Source: a virus (lineage: Duplodnaviria; Heunggongvirae; Uroviricota; Caudoviricetes). From it: a stretch of DNA of 64,000 nt. A program made the translations under genes and the position numbers. Under the pieces are notes generated by a model. It ran no database searches. It was not told where the DNA came from and worked only from the letters and a program-made list of their open reading frames with translations. The DNA lies in IMG/VR virus record IMGVR_UViG_3300037312_000757; one strand, written 5' to 3'. Of this stretch, positions 18,292-27,225 are shown one piece after another (position 1 is the stretch's first letter; the number at the start of each line of letters is the position of its first letter).

Positions 18292-19158
18292 TTACTGTAC
18301 TGCGAATGTTTTCGAATTGTAATTGTGCTGCATCACTTTTTCTTTGCCGTGCTTGACGAGTGATGTGAGTATGTTGCTCAGATCGGTGACAGTCCCACTT
18401 ACTGGAATCGTATGCGGTGCGTTGTTTTTCACTTGATCCCATTGTGGATGGCTGACAAAGCGGGTCATCACGATGCCGACGTCATGCGATTTAGCTAGAC
18501 TGATCAAGTTATCGCGATTGTGATCTGCTTCAATAAACGTAAGGTTCAGTTCATTTCCAAAGCGCTGTCGGATCGTAGTGCGCTGGCTGCCTATCAAGCC
18601 GAATATGAGGACCTTTGATCGCATCTTCCGGCGCACGTCTTCTGGTGTGACGATCTGTAGACGTCCGCGTTCACCACGTGTCACTTGTACTTGCTCGATC
18701 ATTGATGCCATCTTCGTGGCGAACATTTCTTTCGCCATCGTTTCAAGCTGCGGGCCTATTTGCTCAGTGAAGAAACGTTGAGACCAGATGCTCGTCAGTT
18801 GATCTAACGGCATACTGTACAGGTCTACTAGAGGGGTTTGAAGAGCTTCTGGCGGGGAGGACGTAACTAGTTCAAACTGCGGAACTTCTCGTTGTGTCTG
18901 GGGCTCTTGTGGAGAATCTGCCTGTTCTTCTTGTGATTTCCGGAGCTCCCGTATTTTGTCCATGTATTCGTGAATCCATGGGACGCGTGCTAATGCATCC
19001 AAGTTGTCACGCCAAAGTTCTTCAGGCAGAACTTGCTGTGCTTCGCGTACTGCTCTGATCACTGATGCTTCGGGGTACAACCTTATGTATTCAATTGCCG
19101 CTTCAGCTACTGCGAGCTTATGAACATGTTTCCAGTGAATGCGTTTTTCTTCACTCAT
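18292..19158 (-). CDS. Hypothetical protein with C-terminal DUF2325-like domain
   Basis: VLIFGL...DVGIVMTRFVSH.QW; promoter TAGACA-17-TATACT; 5' leader hairpin at about 19178-19210. Confidence 0.6.
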   Translation of the reverse strand: MSEEKRIHWKHVHKLAVAEAAIEYIRLYPEASVIRAVREAQQVLPEELWRDNLDALARVPWIHEYMDKIRELRKSQEEQADSPQEPQTQREVPQFELVTSSPPEALQTPLVDLYSMPLDQLTSIWSQRFFTEQIGPQLETMAKEMFATKMASMIEQVQVTRGERGRLQIVTPEDVRRKMRSKVLIFGLIGSQRTTIRQRFGNELNLTFIEADHNRDNLISLAKSHDVGIVMTRFVSHPQWDQVKNNAPHTIPVSGTVTDLSNILTSLVKHGKEKVMQHNYNSKTFAVQ

Positions 19159-19276
19159 TTGACTTCACTCCTGATTATCACGCCACGCGGTACCCACCGT
19201 GGTGGCGTGAATCAGTATATGCGCGATACTACGCAATGTCTAGCAGTAAAGTAGAAGATTCACCTTTAAAGTAGCA

Positions 19277-19690
19277 CTAATCTTGCCTATACAAATGATA
19301 ATAATTAGGAGCCCAACCATGAGCGGGGCCGTAAAACATCCAAGCACGATTGGTATCATGTGCGCAGTGTCGCGTCGCTTGGCTAATGATCCCCTTCTGA
19401 TTCATTCGCGCAAATGACTGCTTGATCTGATCAACACGAATGTTTAGGCGAACTGCCAACTCTTCTGCGCAGAAACGATTGTTGCCAAGTTCAGATACCA
19501 CTGCATGAACTGTTTCAAGGACTAGCGAATCTAGTCGATCATTCGACCCTCGGTATCGTTTGAATTTTCGCTTTACACTTTGGCGCTTCTTTGAGTTACC
19601 AAAACGATTTACTTCATTCGTTACAAAAGATTGTTGTTTTGTTGGATCAGCCGCCTTACTCATCCAAATAACACGTTCATATCGTTCCAT
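19277..19690 (-). CDS. Hypothetical protein, possible HTH
   Basis: FCAEELAVRLNIRVDQIKQSFARM. Confidence 0.5.
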   Translation of the reverse strand: MERYERVIWMSKAADPTKQQSFVTNEVNRFGNSKKRQSVKRKFKRYRGSNDRLDSLVLETVHAVVSELGNNRFCAEELAVRLNIRVDQIKQSFARMNQKGIISQATRHCAHDTNRAWMFYGPAHGWAPNYYHLYRQD

Positions 19691-20066
19691 TTGATATATG
19701 GTTATTATTATTGTCTAAGCCTGGTGGGTCGCATTTCACGTTATAATGCCAAATATTATATCGTACCAATTTGCGATACAAAGCTACGTTTATCGTTTTT
19801 ATTATTTCTACCGCTTCTTTAAACAGATTAGAAGGCACAATAGTATATCCATCAGGCAACGTAAAGCCATCTATCGTTCTAAGTTTTGGCGAATGCAAAC
19901 AGTTCCACGCTTCTGCTGCTTCTTCTTTTGAAGCATACAATCGTTCATTGCTCAAACCACATTGTGTACATTTGAAGCGATAATTACGGCGGTGTCGGGG
20001 ATCAATAGAACGTACCACGCCTCTCCCGTTGCAAAGGCAACATGGTAGCAGCTCTTCCGCTTTCAT
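19677..20066 (-). CDS. Lar-like (restriction alleviation) zinc-ribbon protein
   Basis: ELLPCCLCNG...CTQCG...AAEAWN. Confidence 0.6.
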   Translation of the reverse strand: MKAEELLPCCLCNGRGVVRSIDPRHRRNYRFKCTQCGLSNERLYASKEEAAEAWNCLHSPKLRTIDGFTLPDGYTIVPSNLFKEAVEIIKTINVALYRKLVRYNIWHYNVKCDPPGLDNNNNHISNGTI

Positions 20067-20128
20067 CTGTAACCTCTAATTATGTCACTGCGGTGATGGT
20101 CTCTCCCGATTTTAAGCATTCACATTGT

Positions 20129-20566
20129 TCAAGTATGCTCTTCATCATGAGAGGCTGATTTCTCTTGCGCCCCCGTTTTCCATCTAGAGAACCTGTTGGC
20201 GAACATACGGAGTTCTGATATTTGTGCGTCTAACTCGCGTATGAATCCGGACCATGCTCCCCAACGCGCCGACAGCTCCTTTCTCGAAGCGGCCTTTTCT
20301 TGTACTCTAGCACGCAGATTTGTTATTACGCGATTTAATACGTCGTCTCCGTCGTTAAACCTAACATTTGTGCTACAAATCGCAGCTTCCGGCGTATCAT
20401 AATAGCCTTGTAAAACGTTTGCTCTAGGAAGCAAGCCAAGCGTAGCTGTACATTGCGTACATGAAATGCAATATTTTCTATTGGTGGGGACCAAGATCAG
20501 CTTAAGGCTTCCACCACAATACGCGCACGGTTTCAGTTGCGAATCATATTCACTTAACATCAACAC
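20129..20566 (-). CDS. Lar-like zinc-ribbon protein
   Basis: LKPCAYCGG...CTQCTA. Confidence 0.55.
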   Translation of the reverse strand: MLMLSEYDSQLKPCAYCGGSLKLILVPTNRKYCISCTQCTATLGLLPRANVLQGYYDTPEAAICSTNVRFNDGDDVLNRVITNLRARVQEKAASRKELSARWGAWSGFIRELDAQISELRMFANRFSRWKTGAQEKSASHDEEHT

Positions 20567-20660
20567 TCCTCAAATCACCTTCAATTATAGCTGAAGATGA
20601 TTTGCCGTGCTGCTGGCACGATGAGCCACAATTGTGGCTCACAGGTGAATTCACTATAGG

Positions 20661-20750
20661 TTATGCGGTTACTTTCTTCTTGCCAGTCACTACCAATGCA
20701 AGACCAAGCATCGCGGGGAATGTGAACGCAATCAGTGGAATTAAGTACAT
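20661..20750 (-). CDS. 29-aa hydrophobic peptide (below ORF-track cutoff)
   Basis: SD GGAGG; MYLIPLIAFTFPAMLGLALVVTGKKKVTA. Confidence 0.6.
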   Translation of the reverse strand: MYLIPLIAFTFPAMLGLALVVTGKKKVTA

Positions 20751-20753
20751 GTC

Positions 20754-20810
20754 GCCTCCTGCTTTCTTATGGTAGCCACATGGTATGTTCAAGTGGCTAC
20801 CAAATCAAGC
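20754..20810 (-). promoter_or_regulatory. Stem-loop early promoter, variant arms
   Basis: TTGATT-17-TACCAT; arms TGGTAGCCAC/GTGGCTACCA. Confidence 0.8.
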
Positions 20811-20811
20811 A

Positions 20812-21213
20812 CTATCGCTTCACTGGCTTGGGAAAGCGATTGACTGGCAGAGGTTTCCAGTAGATGTCACGCTTTTCGTTGGTGCTGGGGTCGGAAAGGT
20901 ATGTGCGTCCGTTTAGATACGTCGCGTAGGGTTTTGAACGAGGGTTGTCATCGAGGAAATAGAAATTCCCTGTATGAACGCATGGCTGCCCGTATAACCC
21001 GTTATTGTCGTTTGCGTCAAACCAGATCACCGGAATTGACGCATTGTCCAAATGTTCGAGCCGGTCGGGGTGATGTTCCCAAATCGACAACCAACCACCT
21101 TCGATCATCTCGAGCACTTCATCGGCTATTCGCTCGTAACCATCATCGTCACCAGTCCTGCCGATATTGCGCTCGATCACTTCGATGATGGTGTTCTTGT
21201 CAATCAGGGCCAT
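20812..21213 (-). CDS. DUF551-like protein
   Basis: GWLSIWEHHP...VIWFD...HTGNF...YW; paralog of 24746..25033. Confidence 0.5.
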   Translation of the reverse strand: MALIDKNTIIEVIERNIGRTGDDDGYERIADEVLEMIEGGWLSIWEHHPDRLEHLDNASIPVIWFDANDNNGLYGQPCVHTGNFYFLDDNPRSKPYATYLNGRTYLSDPSTNEKRDIYWKPLPVNRFPKPVKR

Positions 21214-21225
21214 TGCGCCTCCTTG

Positions 21226-21591
21226 TTACGTGACTTCCTGGTTTTGCTGTTTGCGTCTAGCTTTGCCAAGCTCACGAACGGCCAGCAGAGTGCGGTCGCA
21301 GAAGCCAGGCGGGTATTTGGTGAGTGAGCCAACTTCTGAACATAGGATGACTTCCTTTTCATTATTCGCATTCACGAAGATGAATTGAATATCATCGTGT
21401 TCCAATTCGCCACGCACTACGCGGACGCGAAGCTCATTGATCAGCAGTTCACTGCCAACACGGATAACAGTGTCCATGCCCAGCAGCGTCTTGCGATCCT
21501 TGGTGATGGCAACGTAGGCGTCCACATGTTCCGTCAGAACACCATCTGGACAAACCTCGCCTTCGATAGGATCATAATGAATATAAAGCAT
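21226..21591 (-). CDS. Stand-alone DUF3696-like protein
   Basis: VGSELLINELRVRV..GEL...I.FIF...G.L..YPPGFCD. Confidence 0.45.
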   Translation of the reverse strand: MLYIHYDPIEGEVCPDGVLTEHVDAYVAITKDRKTLLGMDTVIRVGSELLINELRVRVVRGELEHDDIQFIFVNANNEKEVILCSEVGSLTKYPPGFCDRTLLAVRELGKARRKQQNQEVT

Positions 21592-21594
21592 CGG

Positions 21595-21650
21595 AACCCT
21601 CGGTTGTTGACCTTGTTCAAATGGTAACTTCACATGAAGCAAATATCAAG
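21595..21650 (-). promoter_or_regulatory. Early promoter/RBS unit
   Basis: TTGATA-17-TACCAT, dyad TTCATGTGAA. Confidence 0.75.
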
Positions 21651-21846
21651 ACAAGCTACCATTCATTAATGCTTTTTGTCCGGCAATCCATGCGTTTTGC
21701 CACATGATCCACTCTTCTTGTACCGGCTCCCATTCGTAGTCCGGCCCAACACGATCGAGCAAATGTGGTCGTCGTTGTCGATAAATGCGCTGAAAGTGTT
21801 CGAATTCATTGCGCATGACTTCGAAAGTTCTTTCAGGTGTCAACAT
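21646..21846 (-). CDS. Hypothetical protein
   Basis: ORF track. Confidence 0.55.
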   Translation of the reverse strand: MLTPERTFEVMRNEFEHFQRIYRQRRPHLLDRVGPDYEWEPVQEEWIMWQNAWIAGQKALMNGSLS

Positions 21847-21925
21847 AAGCTCCCTCAGCAGAAACCAATAATAATAACACCACGTAGATGAACCTACGTG
21901 GTGTCTGCTGAGATCAGGTAGCAGC

Positions 21926-22324
21926 TTATTCTTCGATCGCCTTCTTGTGCGATATCAGCTCAAACGCGAGTTCACCCCAGGCAGCGCCCATGTCTTGTTC
22001 GATGATGTTGCGGAACGGATTTGTACTCCGCGACGGACTACGAGCCGCACGCATAGCTTCGTCTTGCGTGACTTCGCAGAGTGCGTTGAACTTATACATA
22101 TCGTCGTATTGCGTACACTTGCCTGCTTCGAGCAGCTTCAGCAGTCTTGCGGCCGCGATGCCTTGTGCAATAGTACGCGACGTGCTTTCAGCCCAGCCCA
22201 GCGCATACAGCGGATCGGCCAGAAACGATTCCGCAAATTTGGCCTTCGCATCGTCGCCAGTCTTGACTTTATCTTGCAGCTTGCGCGTGATCGCCTTCAA
22301 TGCTTCCGTTGCCGTGCTTGCCAT
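21926..22324 (-). CDS. Hypothetical protein
   Basis: Cassette gene; SD GGAG. Confidence 0.65.
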   Translation of the reverse strand: MASTATEALKAITRKLQDKVKTGDDAKAKFAESFLADPLYALGWAESTSRTIAQGIAAARLLKLLEAGKCTQYDDMYKFNALCEVTQDEAMRAARSPSRSTNPFRNIIEQDMGAAWGELAFELISHKKAIEE

Positions 22325-22331
22325 GTTTGTT

Positions 22332-22388
22332 TCTCCATTGTCGTCTACCATGTTCCTATTGTGCATTCATATGGCTACTACGTCAAGC
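22332..22388 (-). promoter_or_regulatory. Early promoter/RBS unit
   Basis: TTGACG-17-CACAAT; leader ATGGTAGACGACAATGGAG. Confidence 0.75.
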
Positions 22389-22444
22389 AATTTTCATATG
22401 GCATGAAAGCCACCGAAGTGGCTTTCAATTGTGAAAGTGCTCGC

Positions 22445-22714
22445 TTAGACGAACTGGCTCATCGCATCTGCTGCGCGATCAAGCGCGTCCACTGCGTCTT
22501 GCATGGAGTCGGTAGCTTGTTCCATGCTGCTGACGAGGCTGTCCAATTCGTCGTGCAGTTCGCGCAGTTCGTCGCGAAGCTTGTCCATCTCCGCCATCTT
22601 CGCAGCAATCTTGGCACGTGCTTGGCCGATGATATCACCCGGCAACGGGGTGGGTTGCGTTTCTTCTTCGGCACCAGCATACACCTTGATGGTGTCACCC
22701 TTGTTCTCGCTCAT
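22445..22714 (-). CDS. Coiled-coil protein
   Basis: Heptad pattern; SD GGAGG; terminator at about 22405-22426. Confidence 0.65.
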   Translation of the reverse strand: MSENKGDTIKVYAGAEEETQPTPLPGDIIGQARAKIAAKMAEMDKLRDELRELHDELDSLVSSMEQATDSMQDAVDALDRAADAMSQFV

Positions 22715-22723
22715 ATCACCTCC

Positions 22724-23032
22724 TCACCAGTCAGATTTCATGGGAAATGCTTTGTCAAGCAGACCGTATAATACGTAAAGCGGCTCGCTATCGGTTGCGC
22801 CGAAGTCGCTCCACGTTTTCATAACCACTTGCGTTGCTTTGCGAACTTGACTGCGCGCAAGCGTGCGAGCGTCTTCGTCAAGTGCGATGTCGGGTGTGTA
22901 ATACGTGCGAAGTGCATCTGAGAACGCTTGAGCGATCTTACCAGCTGCTTCTTCTGCACCTTCCATGCTGGTGAAAAGCTGCCAGTCAGATGCGGTGGTC
23001 GGAATGCCTTTGAGAATCGATGCCATCGTCAT
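22724..23032 (-). CDS. Hypothetical protein
   Basis: Cassette gene. Confidence 0.65.
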   Translation of the reverse strand: MTMASILKGIPTTASDWQLFTSMEGAEEAAGKIAQAFSDALRTYYTPDIALDEDARTLARSQVRKATQVVMKTWSDFGATDSEPLYVLYGLLDKAFPMKSDW

Positions 23033-23033
23033 T

Positions 23034-23090
23034 GCTCCTGTGTTGTCTACCATGTTCAAATGATACGTTCATCTGAACATGGTTGCAAGT
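23034..23090 (-). promoter_or_regulatory. Stem-loop early promoter/RBS unit
   Basis: TTGCAA-17-TATCAT; arms CCATGTTCA/TGAACATGG. Confidence 0.85.
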
Positions 23091-23093
23091 GTT

Positions 23094-23381
23094 TTAACGA
23101 CGGATTTGAACGTTGTCTGCTGACCCTTCTTCACGCGTATTCCAGACGATACACGTTCCGAAGACCTTCGGGATGGGCAAACGCAGAATTGCGTTACCGT
23201 AATTGGGGCCGCCCTGTTCTTCGGCGAGCTTTATGGAATAACGAGTCGCTTCCAGCTTGCGCTCAACTGACTTGCGAGAAACTGAGCCTTCGGGCCAACG
23301 GTTAGCTTCAGCTTCGACCTTGTTGAGAGCTTGATTCAGCGCTCGGATATGCTTGCGAACTTTCGGCGTCAGATTTGCCAT
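23094..23381 (-). CDS. Hypothetical protein
   Basis: Single-gene cassette. Confidence 0.6.
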   Translation of the reverse strand: MANLTPKVRKHIRALNQALNKVEAEANRWPEGSVSRKSVERKLEATRYSIKLAEEQGGPNYGNAILRLPIPKVFGTCIVWNTREEGSADNVQIRR

Positions 23382-23387
23382 TTCTTC

Positions 23388-23446
23388 TTCTCCTTGCGTT
23401 CTTATCATGTTTCAAATGATAAGTTCACTTGGTGAAGAAGTCAAGC
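23388..23446 (-). promoter_or_regulatory. Early promoter/RBS unit
   Basis: TTGACT-17-TATCAT; AAGGAG. Confidence 0.8.
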
Positions 23447-23653
23447 AGATGATTTGCGGTATTTGTATCCCCAGCAGAATGCCCAGGGTCCAACGATCAG
23501 TCGCCAGAAAGATTCACCTTCACTACCGACCACATGATTCAGACTGAATACATGGTACAGTCGAGTACGATAGCCATCACGTTTGTTGTGTTTGGTGTCA
23601 TACCAGCAGCGTTGACGCAGGTTTTTACCACGCGTAGCTCGTACGAAGATCAT
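23441..23653 (-). CDS. Hypothetical protein
   Basis: ORF track; ATGA overlap. Confidence 0.5.
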   Translation of the reverse strand: MIFVRATRGKNLRQRCWYDTKHNKRDGYRTRLYHVFSLNHVVGSEGESFWRLIVGPWAFCWGYKYRKSSA

Positions 23654-23901
23654 CGCAGTCCCTTTGCCAAAGCTAGACGGGAAATAGGCCGATCACGAAC
23701 TGGCGACTCAAAGCGTTGCCAGCCACTGATCACAATTCGAGCATCTTTCCGCACATGATTGGGCAAGTCTGCAATCATCTTCTCGATGATTTCGAGATCC
23801 TTGCTGCCAGAAATATTGCCACCGTAGAAGACTTCCAGGCGACCATGACCGGACGCGTTATCTGCGTGCCACGTATATGAAACGAAGTATTTGTTGCGCA
23901 T
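23650..23901 (-). CDS. Hypothetical protein
   Basis: ORF track. Confidence 0.6.
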   Translation of the reverse strand: MRNKYFVSYTWHADNASGHGRLEVFYGGNISGSKDLEIIEKMIADLPNHVRKDARIVISGWQRFESPVRDRPISRLALAKGLR

Positions 23902-23931
23902 AGCTTTTGTTATGAGTAACCCCGATTGCCA

Positions 23932-24195
23932 TTATACGGCAAATCGGTCAGCGCAACAACAGAACTGGCTACTTAATGGCATCCATTCATGCTCGTAATG
24001 CTCTTGAACGAGTTGAGGATCGGTGCCAGTTTGCTTCGCGATAAAGTCACGAAGCTTCGCCAAATGCGCTTGGTTACGCACACGCAACGGTGAATTGACA
24101 GGAAGTTGAAGAAGAATACGATATGATTCCTGTGCGAGAGCAAGCACTTCATCCATATGAATCTCCGTTATTTTCATAATACATAGTACGTTCAT
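23932..24195 (-). CDS. Hypothetical protein (true start likely downstream of the promoter)
   Basis: Promoter TTGATT-17-TACTAT with dyad TTCATATGAA at 24183-24211. Confidence 0.5.
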   Translation of the reverse strand: MNVLCIMKITEIHMDEVLALAQESYRILLQLPVNSPLRVRNQAHLAKLRDFIAKQTGTDPQLVQEHYEHEWMPLSSQFCCCADRFAV

Positions 24196-24212
24196 ATGAA
24201 ACAGAAATCAAG

Positions 24213-24410
24213 CTACAGACCGTTTAGATGACGCTTTAGATCATCCAGATTGTCGAACAGTTCACCTTTGTGCCTGCTACTGCTTGGTCGGTATTGATAC
24301 TTTTCGCCAAGCTTGATGATGTTGCCGACCATGTTGTTACCCAAGTAGACTTCAACACGTCCTGCATGGATCTCTTTGAAGGTGAAAATGCTATCGTCAT
24401 CGTCGATCAT
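24213..24410 (-). CDS. Hypothetical protein
   Basis: SD GGAG. Confidence 0.6.
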   Translation of the reverse strand: MIDDDDSIFTFKEIHAGRVEVYLGNNMVGNIIKLGEKYQYRPSSSRHKGELFDNLDDLKRHLNGL

Positions 24411-24419
24411 TCCGCTCTC

Positions 24420-24659
24420 CTAGAGCATCTTTGTCACCACTTTCACATTGGGCATGCGATCGTAAAACGGTTGACACTTGATGCAATACTTGCAGCCAGG
24501 CGCTGCTTCACGTCTAGCTTCTGGGATAGGGTCGCCACAGTCGTGGCATACTTTTGATGATTCACCTTTGTGAATCATCATGCGGGCTAGGGCGATCGCG
24601 TTGTCGACGATCGCTTGCGCATTTTCTTGTTCTTCGTCCGGCCTACCGTAACCGCTCAT
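24420..24659 (-). CDS. TraR/DksA C4-type zinc-finger protein
   Basis: CHDCGDPIPEARREAAPGCKYCIKCQ. Confidence 0.85.
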   Translation of the reverse strand: MSGYGRPDEEQENAQAIVDNAIALARMMIHKGESSKVCHDCGDPIPEARREAAPGCKYCIKCQPFYDRMPNVKVVTKML

Positions 24660-24745
24660 GTGATAATTCCAAAAATGAACGCCACATTATACAATGTGAC
24701 GTCCTTTGTTGCAGGAAGATTACAAAGCAGAGTTCATCAGGTAAC

Positions 24746-25033
24746 TTACAACACGGGCAAAGCTTCGTGTTCACGCCAGAACAAAGCCTGCGGGGTATCG
24801 TGCTTGTTTGTGCTAGGATTCAGCTTGAACTGATACAGGCCCAGCCCACCGTTTTGAAAGTGTGCCGGCGTCTTGTCCGTACCGTACACGAAGTATCCGC
24901 TGTGGTGTCGATTCTTTTCGACGTCGGGGTCTGTCATGTCACACCATACCACGATCTTCGACATCTTCGGATTCTTGTCGTTCGCCGGTGGAAGCTGCTC
25001 GTGAATCGAAATCCAGCCATTCAAACTACTCAT
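24746..25033 (-). CDS. DUF551-like protein
   Basis: GWISIHEQLP...VVWCD...HSGYF...FW. Confidence 0.55.
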   Translation of the reverse strand: MSSLNGWISIHEQLPPANDKNPKMSKIVVWCDMTDPDVEKNRHHSGYFVYGTDKTPAHFQNGGLGLYQFKLNPSTNKHDTPQALFWREHEALPVL

Positions 25034-25041
25034 ACACCTCC

Positions 25042-25497
25042 TTATCTGTTTTTGCCTTGCATTTCAGCCGAAACGATAGCTCGAGCGTTTCTGGTGCTAT
25101 CAACCGTGTTCCAGTAACGATCCTTGCAGCTACGCTTGCCAGGATGCGTTTTCTGATTGTTACAGAAAATTTTGTGATACGTGGTCTTCTTATGCATCTT
25201 GCGGCAGTTAGGACAGGCGATCATGTCACCAACTTTTGCTGCCTTCGCAATATCATACAGATCACGCTTCTCTTGATACGACTTTTGACGATCAGCTTCA
25301 CGCTGTTCATCGGAGACAAAGCCGACATGGCGATTGCGTTGATGCACTCCACGCATCGCTTGTGCAGCTTCTTCCTTCGCCCGGAACGGGAAGATAACAA
25401 AGCCACCGTCAGGAGTTTCGGCAAAGTCTTCGTCTGTGAGGATCGAGTCCAAGTACTCAGCTTCCGTGCCGTCATCATTCCAATCGTGACTCATCAT
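25042..25497 (-). CDS. Hypothetical protein with Cys-rich C-terminus
   Basis: CPNCRK...FC...CKD; promoter TTGACT-16-TATCAT at 25523-25550. Confidence 0.6.
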   Translation of the reverse strand: MMSHDWNDDGTEAEYLDSILTDEDFAETPDGGFVIFPFRAKEEAAQAMRGVHQRNRHVGFVSDEQREADRQKSYQEKRDLYDIAKAAKVGDMIACPNCRKMHKKTTYHKIFCNNQKTHPGKRSCKDRYWNTVDSTRNARAIVSAEMQGKNR

Positions 25498-25560
25498 CTT
25501 CTCCGTCGTTCGTATGTGTGTTATGATACTTTCACTTGGCTACAAGTCAAGCGAAACGTT

Positions 25561-26019
25561 TCATTTCAACATAAGTGCTTCGAAGTGGTCGAACGGCATG
25601 ACTGTAGTACGTGAGCGAACACTTGGGTCTGTTATATCTTGTTTGAATCGTTCAACAGATGCTTGATCGGTCTCTTCTGCATAACCCACGGCCAGAAATA
25701 CCACCTTCTCTATAAGCGGTATGCAAGCATTGGTTGGAGGCCTAGCGTAAAGATCACTTACCACGTAGATGTGATCGTAATTGAAATAACTCTCGGGCTC
25801 GAGACCTTGCAAACCAAGCAATGCTTGATTCAAGTCTGAACCGCCTCGCCCCAACGTGCTGAGCATCTCGGCTTTGAGCCCTTGGGCCGAACGCGGATTG
25901 CACCGTATTTCAGTATCGAAGCACGCAATATCAGCATTCATCACGTATGCAAGCTTGATGGTGCGCTCGATCAGTTCCATCGGTGTGCTACCCGAAACAT
26001 CCAAGTAAACGAGATCCAT
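25561..26019 (-). CDS. Stand-alone vWA-like protein
   Basis: YLDVSGS...GRGGSD...VVSDL. Confidence 0.6.
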   Translation of the reverse strand: MDLVYLDVSGSTPMELIERTIKLAYVMNADIACFDTEIRCNPRSAQGLKAEMLSTLGRGGSDLNQALLGLQGLEPESYFNYDHIYVVSDLYARPPTNACIPLIEKVVFLAVGYAEETDQASVERFKQDITDPSVRSRTTVMPFDHFEALMLK

Positions 26020-26070
26020 TCTGTTCCTCCCAAAGTTGAAGGCTGGTTCTAATCAGGACCAGCCTTGCTT

Positions 26071-26601
26071 TTAGCCGTACTGCTTGAGTGCTGCGAGCTG
26101 TTCGGGCGTCAGAAGCTTCTTTGCTTCCTCCGCAAGGGCACGCTGACGCTTCTTTTCGTCAGCTTCTTGCTGTAGACGGCTGAAGCGCTCGACTACAGCA
26201 TCGACTTGCCACTGTTCGGATTCAACGGACAGAACGTCGCGCTCGAGATTTGCATCGCGCCAGTCTTCCATATCTGCCGCACGCTGGCGACCGAACGTGA
26301 ACACAACCCCCGGCAGGCCAGCTTCGCTACGCATGTAGGCGTAGGATTCGGGCAGGCTTGCATATACATCGCACATGACGTCCATACCCTTGTTCTCGAG
26401 TTCCTTGCACTGAACCATCAGGCCGAACAAGAGTGCCGGCATTTCTGCACGGCGCGCCGCCTTCGCTTCTGCTTCGCGACGCTCACGTTCAGCACGGTCC
26501 GCTTCGCGATCGGCTGCGGTTTTGCGACCCTTGCGAGGTTCGCCCGTCAGCGTTTCCAGCGGAGTTGCGGTCGTTACATGCTTGCGTTCAACTGCTTTCA
26601 T
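26071..26601 (-). CDS. Hypothetical protein
   Basis: Single-gene cassette. Confidence 0.7.
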   Translation of the reverse strand: MKAVERKHVTTATPLETLTGEPRKGRKTAADREADRAERERREAEAKAARRAEMPALLFGLMVQCKELENKGMDVMCDVYASLPESYAYMRSEAGLPGVVFTFGRQRAADMEDWRDANLERDVLSVESEQWQVDAVVERFSRLQQEADEKKRQRALAEEAKKLLTPEQLAALKQYG

Positions 26602-26605
26602 CTTG

Positions 26606-26664
26606 TTCTCCTTTGTTCATCTACCATGTTCAAATGATAAGTTCATATGAACATGATTGCAAGC
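26606..26664 (-). promoter_or_regulatory. Stem-loop early promoter/RBS unit
   Basis: TTGCAA-17-TATCAT; CATGTTCA/TGAACATG; AAGGAG. Confidence 0.85.
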
Positions 26665-26665
26665 G

Positions 26666-26974
26666 TTATTTGTAGCAGTTCTCGATCTTCGCTTGGATGC
26701 TCTTGATGTACTTGTCTTGATCCTTGCTGTCAACTGTGACGTCTACCGCATTGTAGCTGCTCATCGAGCCGACAAACACATACACCGTGTCCTGATAGCG
26801 ACTGAAGCCAGTCACACGGCGACCATCGACCGTGGCGCGCATCGAGACTTGGATCCAGCACGGTGGAATGGACGAAGCACTGGCGCTATCACCAAAGGAC
26901 GGGTTGACTGCTGCACCCTTCGCCATAGCGTTTGCGGAAAGGACGATAGCGAGCATGGCGATGATTGTCTTCAT
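26666..26974 (-). CDS. Secreted hypothetical protein
   Basis: Signal peptide; promoter TTGTAA-16-TACCAT with arms AGCCATATGG/CCATATGGCT at 26996-27029. Confidence 0.65.
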   Translation of the reverse strand: MKTIIAMLAIVLSANAMAKGAAVNPSFGDSASASSIPPCWIQVSMRATVDGRRVTGFSRYQDTVYVFVGSMSSYNAVDVTVDSKDQDKYIKSIQAKIENCYK

Positions 26975-27225
26975 TTAATCTCCGAAATGAACGAAAGCCA
27001 TATGGTAGCACCATATGGCTCATTTACAAGCGGATATCGTTTATGCCGCTTCTTTCTGTGGTGGGGTTTGCTTTGGCTTCTTGCGGCTTATGATGAAAGT
27101 GGCATCAGGTTCATCTTTCTTGAAAATTGCCATCCAATTTTCCGCAGTTACCTGGAGGCACGTTCGACACAGCGTCCAGATGCCAGTGGTTGGGTTGTAT
27201 TTCCACAACCCAGTTTCATGTTCGG

